From: Macrostomum lignano
Lineage: Eukaryota
Length of the DNA stretch: 34,503 nucleotides
Assembly (NCBI GenBank): GCA_002269645.1
Contig: NIVC01004810.1
Coordinates: 1 to 34,503 of the forward strand
Direction of reading: 5' to 3'
The position numbers and the translations under genes were made by a program. Positions 1 to 8,644 of this stretch are shown here, in pieces. Position 1 is the stretch's first letter; every line of letters starts with the position of its first letter. The notes under the pieces were generated by a model. It was not told the DNA's origin. It made no database searches and saw nothing but the letters and a program-made list of their open reading frames with translations.

Positions 1-378
1 TACGGCATGGAAGCGGTGCGATTACCGACTCACGAGAGCGAGCCTGGACGCCCTCTACAGGTCCCTGCTTGCAATACCGCGAGGGGGTTGCCGTCCAGAG
101 ACCTGATGCCCCCGCGCCGGCGTTCCAGACCTGAGCGTCACCCTGCGCCGGCGCCGCCAGATGCTACTGGGTCACTGACTTCGAAGTCATGGTCGCGGCG
201 ACCAAGTCCCATTGGCGCTGGATCTCCTGCACCAGGCAACGGAGCGGAAGCACCATGACCAAGGGCTGTTTTGTGGCTGACTTGCAGGCTCTGGTTCTCA
301 GCCCCCTGACCGCAGCCGTCTGCCCCTCCCGTCTGTGTTCGCGAGCGCGTGTGCGCTAGTGCCCAATCTATCTATCTA
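1..378 (+). mobile_element. Decayed 3' end of a non-LTR retrotransposon (RT thumb/C-terminal region, RTE-like), 5' part outside the window
   Basis: Joining frames gives YGMEAV..ITDSRERA-LDALYRSLL...PDLSVTLRRRRQMLLGH*LRSHGRG...ADLQALVLSPLTAAVCPSR. This matches the LYGxE...LD..Y..LLR...LS..LRRRR...GH.LR pattern that follows RT in non-LTR elements. It has stops and frameshifts and ends in a short (ATCT)n tail near 366-378. Confidence 0.6.
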
Positions 379-1017
379 GTGGAGAAGATAACTCCAGATT
401 CGAAGTAACCAGTCTCTTTTTGAAGTTGACGTTGACAATCAACATCAGTAGAACCAGCGGCAAGACTTTCCGACACGGGCTGCATCGTCAGAATTGAAAC
501 TTGTCTCTCGTTCGACTTTCATAATAATCTGAACTACTAGTTGTCAGAGGTTGCAGAGAAGAAACCGTCTGCTTAGCCTTGGTTACCTTGCGAGCCATCA
601 TTCTATCGCTCGACGTCCATCTGCTCCTGGCCTGTAGCGCCTGAAAAACCGTCTGCCGTTTTGATGTTTCGCTGAGCATGGTTTTGCACTAGGCGCGTTA
701 TCTGTGCATATCTTCAGTGCAACCAGAGCATCAGACCTGCTTGTATAGAGCCCATAGCCATAGCTTCAGTATCACGGCCTTGTACCAATTGCTCTTCACG
801 ACTAAACCAACTGCCAGCTGAACTGATGAGGCAGGAAGCTCCGAAATATTTTCTAGCAATAGCCATCAATATCTGGCAGCTTTGACTTACTGCGGCTTCG
901 CAAACGTGAGCCGGTCTATAAAATCAGTAGCTTCCCGTTGAAGACGATACCGTGACAAGATTCGCTAAAAGTTGCAGACAAATTTCTAGTGACTCTGGCG
1001 ACTCTGGGACAGATTTT

Positions 1018-1410
1018 GTGACTTTTTAACGACCAAACGCGTCTAATGCGACGAAGAGACGACTTTTGCGTCACGAGCGCGTCACGTCAGTGAAAGAGTC
1101 GTCCAAGAATCATTGTGCTGGCACTTAACTTTCGCTAGAGATGTGACTCTAATTCATCAAGCGACGCAAGTGACTCTGGCACGATGGCATAACGACTCTG
1201 TGGCCGTAATTCGCTTCAAACACAACTCAGTGACTCTACAGCGACTCTAGCACGACTCAAGTAGGACTCGACGGCCCCAGAGTCACTTGCGTTGTTTCAG
1301 AGACGCATACAATAAAACACTTCAAAATGACTCTTGGGCGACTCTTTGACGACCTTTTGGCGACTTGCATCGCGACATCTCGTCGTTTTAGAGTCGTTTA
1401 AAAAGACTCT
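1018..1410. repeat. ~400-bp imperfect palindrome (foldback/MITE-like) rich in GACTC/GAGTC
   Basis: Perfect 16-bp inverted repeat at 1164-1179/1277-1292. A 22-bp inverted repeat with 2 mismatches at 1093-1114/1326-1347. Weaker outer arms near 1018-1055/1375-1410. All share a symmetry centre near 1220-1228. Confidence 0.6.
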
Positions 1411-1602
1411 GAGACGCTTCTTGGCCTAAGCACCGCTTTCATCAAGATTCGTATATGCAGTGCAGTGACCGCAGCTCTCGTTCCTGTACACTATAAGTGT
1501 GCCGCTCCCCCGACAGAATCCGGGGCGCGGGCGTCCGTCAGCAGGCAGTCGACGAAACCCCGAGTGGCTGTACTCGCGGGTAGGGTGCCTTCAGCGTTCG
1601 TA

Positions 1603-1672
1603 GAGCTCGTAGCCCAGTGGTCTAGCGCGGCGCTATTATGTGTCGGCGGCCCAGGCTCGATTCCAAGTGCAG
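1603..1672 (+). mobile_element. tRNA-derived SINE-like head (Pol III A and B boxes)
   Basis: A-box TAGCCCAGTGG at 1610-1620 and B-box-like GGCTCGATTCC at 1654-1664. No acceptor stem pairing. Homologous to 3307-3376 on the minus strand. Confidence 0.5.
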
Positions 1673-2053
1673 GTACAAGGTATATTGATCTCGGGCTAAA
1701 TTAGAATCTCCGTTTGGGTCTGCTCGTGCAATCAACGCCATTGAAAGCCAACCACCAAGACAAAGTAAAGTGTACATGCCTAACGTTAAATAAAGTTATG
1801 TCCGCTGTACACTCCTGTGTGAGTGGGCGCCTTCTCAGGGAAGTCGGTAAAATGGGCAGTAATGCCTCTCGCCGGTTGTGTGACAATGTCGCTTAAAGTG
1901 CACCAGGGTGCACACAGCCCCCCTGTATGTACTGCCTGTAATGTTACCTCTTTTGCCAGAGGCTGTCTCCATGTACACTTCGAAGCGGGTCTATGTAAAT
2001 CCTTTTGCGCTTAGATTGCTCACTTTTCCCGTCTCTCTCTCCCTGTCTTCCAG

Positions 2054-3190
2054 GTCCGCATCGCCACGGATCACCTGTTGCCAAAGCAGCTGAGCCAGCA
2101 CGGTCTCGAGCCCGGCTCCGTGTTGCTAAGAGAAGCTGAACTGTTGCGCGTCATCGACGCCTACACTCGGGAGGCCGGGGTGCGCCAGCTGGAGCGTCGG
2201 CTGGCCCGCCTGTGCCGCCACACCGCCCTGCTGGCAGCGGAGGCCCCGCCTAGCGAGCCGCTACGCGTCGATGCCGACGTGCTGCGCCAAATATTCGAAG
2301 AGGCCGACGGCGCCGATTGCCGGCCGACGCCGAGTCCGTACGAGCAGATGACGATGTCGGCGGCGAATTCCGGCGCGCCGTTGGAGCCCGGCGTCTGCCG
2401 GTGCTGGCCGTGACACCTCACGGCGGCGAAGTCCTGCTGTTAGAGTGCGGCTGGACACTGGAGCCGGCTGTCGATGGCGGCGGGCAGACGACGGACTTGG
2501 CGCCAGTCTGCACCGGACAGGTGAGTGACAGCTCTGCTGGATGTGGAGAACTTTTTTTACTCCATAAATTAACTTTATTACATTACACAATTCCAGTTGC
2601 TCATTACAGAATCCTACTTGCTCATTACACAATCCCCAATTGCTCATTATACAATACCGCAGGTAGGCGAGGTCATGCGCGAGTCGGTAACTCTGTGCAT
2701 CAGCTGGCTCAGCTCCAGGCTCAACTCCCAGCTCCGTCGCAATCGCCGCCGTCTGCACGTACACTTCCCGTCTGGCGCTGTGCCAAAAGACGGCACCTCG
2801 GCCGGTTTGCCGTTGGCCGCGGCGCTGACCTCCCTGGCCAGCGGCACCCCAGTCCGGGCTGGGGTCGCCCTGACTGGCGAGGTGACTCTCCGCGGCCGGG
2901 TGCTGGCGATCGGCGGCGTGCCGGCCAAGCTGGAGGCGGCCGCCCGGGCCGGCCTGCACTCGGTGGTGCTGCCGATGGCCAATCGGATTGAAGCAACTCG
3001 GACGGCTGGGCGGCTCGGCCTGGCCGGCCGCCTGCGGCTGCACTGCGTGGAAACTGTGGACCAGGCTCTGCGCTTTGCCCTGGAACCCCCCGCCGGGCAT
3101 CGGGGCTTGGGCGACTGGCCAGCTTTGCCCATCAAAGATGAGGATTCCACAGAGGATAGGGAAGCCTTGACTGCTCGGCCGAAGCTTTGA
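2054..3190 (+). CDS. LONP2: Peroxisomal Lon protease (LONP2-like), last two exons: 2054-2520 and 2663-3190; upstream exons not in window or not recognised; one apparent 1-nt deletion near 2398-2400
   Basis: HLLPKQL and YTREAGVRQLER (end of the AAA+ module), GV..VLAVTPHGGEVL, TGQ|VGEVMRES across a GTGAGT..CAG intron (2521-2662). Catalytic Ser motif PKDGTSAG and Lys motif GGVPAK. The C-terminus ends ARPKL*, a PTS1-like tripeptide. Confidence 0.9.
2581..2660. repeat. Intronic tandem repeat, ~21-22-bp unit (TGCTCATTACACAAT...), about 4 copies
   Basis: Seen directly inside the LONP2 intron. Confidence 0.7.
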
Positions 3191-3306
3191 ATGTGCTGGC
3201 CACAGATACAATACTTCACTGCGCCTTGGGGAGGTTGGCTCTCAAGGCCGTTAATTGCACGAGCAGAGCCAAGCCGAGATTCCAATTAAGCTCCAAATTA
3301 ATGTGA

Positions 3307-3376
3307 CTGCACTTGGAATCGAGTCTGGGTCGCTGGCACACCAGAGCAGCTGCGCTACCGCTGGGCTACGGCCCCC
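3307..3376 (-). mobile_element. tRNA-derived SINE-like head, second copy of the family at 1603-1672
   Basis: The reverse complement reads GGGGGCCGTAGCCCAGCGGTAGCGC...CCCAGACTCGATTCCAAGTGCAG. It shares TAGCCCAG.GG and CCCAG.CTCGATTCCAAGTGCAG with the plus-strand copy. Confidence 0.55.
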
Positions 3377-4240
3377 CCCTTCACCTCTGAGAGTCCGCAG
3401 AGTTGGGCTGGGTGAGGAGGGATTGAGAAGAGCGGAGGGCGAAGATTGGATGGATTAAAGCTTCCGCCTGGTTTCATTGTTGTTTCAAGCGTTTTTTAAA
3501 GAGGAGAGAGGGCCAGCCCCCCCCCCCAAGGCACAGAGTGTACATGCCTGGCGTTTAAAAAGTACGTACTCATGTCAGTGCGTGTTCCAGGCTGATGTAC
3601 ATTACGAATGCACTAATAGTGAATAACTAGCTAATTAGAGCTGGCTGCCAGCATCCAGAATAATTTTATTGCTCCCCCCCTTTAAGTGGGCCCAGTGAGT
3701 TTTCTTATCAGTTGGCTCTGGCGCAATCATTAAATCTATGATAGTTATCATTGTATCTTGATTGGAAAACCACTTTAATCACTGGATATAATGAAATTCC
3801 ATCAATATTTCGGCACTAATTGTTGGATCCTAATTTCTTTTCGTAATTAAAAAATAATTATTATAAAAACTGAGTTTTCAAAGATTTTTTGTTGGCGCTT
3901 ATTGTCAAGTCGGAAGTCGGGCGCCTTTTGTAATTTAAATTCAATTTGTAATTAAAGCTTTGAAACGATTTCATTTTCATTGCAACTGTAATTAATGATT
4001 ATCTGCGTTTTGAGAGATTTCTATTTTTAATTCTCGCGCATTGTGTGGCTTTTACACAACACGATTGTGTGTTGTGCAGACTTGATGCCAACTAATAGAA
4101 ATCGTGTGCGACTTCCTAGATAAACACGCTGATTCTCCGTATTTTAGATGCGATTTTTATATTGATTGTAAGACTTCAATGCTTTCAAGTTCAATTAAAT
4201 TGCTTGTTAACGAGCTTTCGCTCTTTGTTATTTAGACTCT

Positions 4241-4851
4241 GAGAGTGAGATTCTGAATTTCAGAGAGTGACTGCAGAGAGTGAGATTCTGAGAGTGACTG
4301 GAGAGACTGACATTCTAAGAGTGACTGGAGAGAGTGAGATTCTGAGAGTGACTGCAGAGAGTGAGATTCTGAGAGTGACTGCAGAGAGTGAAATTCTAAG
4401 AGTGACTGCAGAGAGTGAGATTCTGAGAGTGACTGCAGAGAGTAAGATTCTGAGAGTGGCTGCAGAGAGTAAGATTCTGAATTTTAGAGAGTGACTGCAG
4501 AGAGTGAGATTCTGAGAGTGGCTGCAGAGAGTGAGATTCTGAATTTCAGAGAGTGACTGCAGAGAGTGAGATTCTGAGAGTGGCTGCAGAGAGTAAGATT
4601 CTAAGAGTGACTGGAGAGAGTGAGATTCTAAGAGTGACTGGAGAGAGTGAGATTCTAAGAGTGACTGGAGAGAGTAAGATTCTGAGAGTGGCTGCAGAGA
4701 GTAAGATTCTGAATTTCAGAGAGTGACTGCAGAGAGTGAGATTCTGAGAGAGTCTGCAGAGAGTAAGATTCTGAATTTCAGAGTGAGATTCTGAGAGTGG
4801 CTGCAGAGAGTGAGATTCTGAGAGAGTCTGCAGAGAGTGAGATTCTGAGAG
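4241..4851. repeat. Minisatellite, 27-bp unit GAGAGTGACTGCAGAGAGTGAGATTCT, ~22 copies
   Basis: Tandem array seen directly, with GGA/GCA and AATTTC-insertion variants. Confidence 0.95.
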
Positions 4852-6776
4852 TCGCTTCTACTTCTGAGAGCTACGCTCGTACTTCTTGGCCAATGTATCG
4901 AATGGGACTGGCCATAGACAGGAGTGTGCACTCGTCATTTCCTTTCCTGCTATTTCAACCATAGATAAATTCAATTATCAATACGGTTACGCGAACTCGT
5001 AACCTTGGCACTTGAATTCTCGCTTCATATAACCTGCACTGGCAATGGGTCATGCACTCGCGATACGATAAATATGCGTTCCTCCGCCTCATTTCTAAGA
5101 AAACCGGGTGAGCGTCATTCTACTTCAGCTGTATGACCCATGCCTCTCCAGACGCTTCAGCTTATGGTGGGCCATGCGTGCTGAAAAAAATCCCCATGCC
5201 AATCATCGAAAATTTCACGATCTCTTCCTTCCTTTTCTTCATCACTGCTGCTACCTTTTCTTTTTTTAAAGTCTGATGCCTCAGCTCCGTTTCCATTGTA
5301 GCTGGACCTAAGAAGAGCCATGGTGACTTACAGTTACACCTGAGTTAACTCTGCTTAATCACGAATAGGAGACAGAAAGCGGGGGTCCCATTCAGGGTAC
5401 CTGGTAAAAGTGCATGGATTCAAGCAGATTCAGACTATAGGGGTGGCAGATCTGCAGGTTCACTTTAGCTAATTGAATCTGTCTGCCGTTCTGTCTGCCT
5501 GTCCGTCAGATCATTGTTGAAATATGAGCAGGTTTGGCGCATCAAGTCGACTACGTTCAAACTGCACAGAGAAACGCTCGACGACTGCATATACATTCAC
5601 CTTGACTGGTACGATTTCTGAAAATTGCTTTTTTCGATGTATATTTTTCTCTCTTGACTTTGAAATGTGTATCGCGTCAGAAAATGTTTAAATTTAGTTT
5701 AAATAGTGTTATACTCTGGGCTGGTTTACAGAGTTGGTATGCGAGTGTTGTGTGTGTTTAATGGGAGTAGCGAATTAGGTGAATCTGGTAAACCAGCCCC
5801 CTTAAACGCTTTACCCTTGCACTGTCACACCGTGTATCTAAAAATAGAGTTCTAACTTGAGGATTAAGCCAGACGAGATTTTGGCTTACAGTAGACAAAA
5901 AAATTAACACATCGGAACTAGAAGCCTCTCAAAGGTAGGTATGAACTCACGACAACCGGCCTTCTAAACCCTTTTTTAAGGTGTTACACTCAGCCTTCTG
6001 TGAAATAAGCTCTTGATTAGACAGATCTGTGAAGACACGTTGAAGAAAGCTTGCCTTTTGATCCAACTTTCCTGGCAGTATTTCATCTCGCTAACAGGAT
6101 TAGCCAGACCATATATCAGGTTAAGCAGAGTCAACCGTTGCACACTAAGGCTATAGCATGTCCTGTTCTTTCATCAAATTTTCCCATAGCCTGATCAAGA
6201 CATTCGGCGCGGAAAATCACTCCACATTTGAACTAGAGAAATTCACGCCTGGATCAGTGAAAAAAATCTTTAGCAAGCTTATATAAGACTCCGCAACCTA
6301 GTAATTAGAGACGCGTCTAAAAAGAACCCCAATAGTTGTTACTTCTGCTCGAAATATGCTCAACACTCCTCTGCCGCCCACTGTCTCTCTGTCTCTCCGT
6401 AATTTGGTTTTCTTCGACAAAAATAGACACAGCCAGGCCCAGGTTGCCATGCAGTGATTTATGAGGCTGGCCCGCCGGCTTTCCGCGTCGCTAGCGATTT
6501 TTCTTTCGACCTGAATGATACAATACCATCAGGCCGAGGACAAGGGTGTATTAGAAAGATCGGGAACTTCAACACGATTAACCTTGTTTAGACTTGAGTG
6601 GAAGTTCGTTTCTTGTATTGTATATAGTGAAACACGAATTTTTTCACTTTCCAGCAGAAGTTCCAAATTGTCAAAGTTTGGTTCATGGACAACTGAGTTG
6701 GAATGATGCTACAGTCGGTTTTCTTAGAAATTGAGCTGGAGGCTGGTAAGGAGAGCGCGTATTTGTCGCATCGCTA

Positions 6777-7120
6777 CAGAATCTGCGTACGCTGCTCCAG
6801 CGCCTGGCCGCGATGTTCGACGCCATCGCTCTGGTTCCACCGCCAGCCACCATCAAGGGCCACCATCTACCACCGTTTCGTGCCCCACATCGCCCGAGCC
6901 GACCGGTCAAAGCGGCTGGGTAGACGCCTCGGAGGCTTCAGACATCGTGGTCGGCGCGGCACTCGAGCAGCGAATTGTTGGCGATGCCTGAAAGTTGCTT
7001 GACTTCTTTTGCCCGCAACTCCCACTCGTTCGAGCAGAAGTACAGCGCCTTAGACCGCGAGCTGCTCGCGTTGTACCTGGCAGTCAGGCATTTACGGACC
7101 ACAAGCCGCTGGTCCACCCA
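6777..7120 (+). mobile_element. Degenerate Ty3/Gypsy LTR-retrotransposon pol remnant (end of RT and RNase H)
   Basis: Pieces read NLRTLLQRLA, IYHRFVPHIA, VDASEASDIVVGAALEQ, EQKYSALDRELLALYLAVRH and FTDHKPLV, which are the canonical Gypsy RT/RNase H motifs. There are stops, frameshifts and internal deletions. Confidence 0.8.
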
Positions 7121-7968
7121 ACTTCCGTCTTGTGGCCTCGGGTCCTGCGTCGCCTTACAGACGCCCCCGCGCGTACTGTCCCAATTAATGGTAGGTAAAT
7201 ATGAAGCGAGACTGCACCTGAGCTGATCAGTAAAGCCGGTTCGGCACGCGCCCGTGAAAACCAAATCAATGCTGTTAAAAATGATCTTTCAAATACAACA
7301 AGAGAACTGATAAATGTGTAATTAAAATGGGTTAACATAAGACGCCTTAGCGTGTGCAAGCGAGCATGGGTTGTGAGCTATCACCGGAATGAGCATGCCG
7401 ATCGTTGAAGACCCGCAATGGCTCACTAATTTCGGTTCAGTTGCTTTGCGTCTAGCTAAACGACGAAATTTCCTTTCTTTTGGTATCCGATTGCTCGTGG
7501 GACTTTCTCGAAAATGTTCTGAGGTTTAAGTAATGAGGCCTCCATAATGTAGATGGTGTAAAGAATTCATTGTTGTACCTCTAATTCGTTTCTGTTCCAG
7601 ATCATTGGGTTCTTCATCTGTCAATCCCTCATAGTCGTAGCCGTGAGAGCATCAGAAAATTCAACAAAAAATACAAAAGCGAAAAATCTCAAAAGAAAAT
7701 TAACCCATTTTAAAGATGCTTGTTGCTTGCTGCAGGTTAAAAAGCCTGTTGTTTTATTTTGTCATCAAAGCGTTTTCCTACTGACTCAAAGAAATAAACA
7801 CAGAAACGTATATATTTTTTCCGCCAAGTTGGGGTTCGGGGAAGTTAACAATAAAACCGCGGTAACAATTTCAATAGTTGGAATTAGGAGTGTTTTACTC
7901 GGTAAATCAAGATTCGAAGGATTCGCTTAGCAGACAGAGCAAGTTAAACAGTTAGTCCGGTGCTAAGT

Positions 7969-8247
7969 TCATGGCTGCACGTAACCCCCGTGCATCTCGC
8001 TCTCCGGGACGAGCGGCTGGCAGCCGGGCCTCAGCTGGATGCAGTGCTCGTTGTTCATTAGCCAGATAAGCTTCTGGTACATTAGCGCGGCCGAGGGTCG
8101 CTCGGGCGCTCCTCCGACAGACCTGGGATGCGGTGGCGAGTCCATCCCGAACGGGTCGGCGCCGAAGGCGCTCCGTTTGGTCGAAGCGGCGGCGGCGCCG
8201 AGAGCGCACAGAGCGGCAAGGATGATCAGACAGTTGCGAGCCTGCAT
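7969..8247 (-). CDS. Small secreted protein / putative peptide precursor, 92 aa, apparently single exon
   Basis: AAG-ATG start. Signal-peptide-like MQARNCLIILAALCALGAAAAS followed by a KR dibasic site, and a C-x6-C loop (CIQLRPGC). AATAAA on the minus strand at 7753-7758 and a TATA-like element upstream. Confidence 0.7.
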   Translation of the reverse strand: MQARNCLIILAALCALGAAAASTKRSAFGADPFGMDSPPHPRSVGGAPERPSAALMYQKLIWLMNNEHCIQLRPGCQPLVPESEMHGGYVQP

Positions 8248-8325
8248 CTTCTATTGACAAGATTGTCTGGTTTTATTGCGTTGCGATTGAGCTTCCGTTT
8301 CGATTAGCAATGATCGGCGACTTTG

Positions 8326-8361
8326 GACTGTAGCGACTGGGGCCTACGTGGCTCTATTTAT
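8326..8361 (-). promoter_or_regulatory. Possible core promoter of the secreted peptide gene
   Basis: The minus strand has ATAAATA at 8361-8355 and an Inr-like CAGT about 30 nt downstream (8330-8327), ~80 nt upstream of the ATG. Confidence 0.3.
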
Positions 8362-8579
8362 GCTGGGAGAGGCTTGGCGAGTTTCCACCTCAGGACCAAT
8401 GGCGGCGGCTTGAACTATGGACAGATCGAGTAGCATAGGACGCGATACACTGGCAGAGCGGCTTTGACTAGAGACCAGTCGAGCTGATAGGGGAATCTAC
8501 CCATTTTAGCATTCAACTGGCAATGGAAGCGTATCCCTCTCAACTTCCGAATTTAAAATTTAGCTGGAAGATTGATCCA

Positions 8580-8644
8580 GCCTGCGGCGCTAAAATGAGA
8601 GCCTGCGGCTCTAAAATGAGTGCCTGCGGCGCCAAAATGAGTGC
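8580..8644. repeat. 21-bp tandem repeat (GCCTGCGGCGCTAAAATGAGT-like), 3 copies
   Basis: Seen directly. Confidence 0.8.

Noticed and set aside
1603-1672. Functional tRNA gene
   Set aside because: No acceptor stem or clear anticodon arm, so it was treated as SINE-like.
1769-1980. AAGTGTACATG inverted pair (1768/1970) and a related 22-bp motif at 3537
   Set aside because: Probably fragments of an interspersed repeat, too short to define an element.
2261-3285. Long minus-strand ORFs (316, 212 and 91 aa) over LONP2
   Set aside because: Shadow ORFs of GC-rich coding sequence with no recognisable motifs.
4267-4494. ORF of (TAESEILRV)n
   Set aside because: A by-product of a 27-bp stop-free satellite unit. 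The same applies to the ORFs at 26134-26319, 28118-28303, 32437-32945 and 33179-33797.
4865-5420. Possible minus-strand exons with acceptor-like and donor-like sites
   Set aside because: No phase-consistent chain and no recognisable protein.
5718-5799. 12-bp inverted repeat as a pre-miRNA or mini-MITE
   Set aside because: Pairing degrades beyond ~15 bp and there is no other support.
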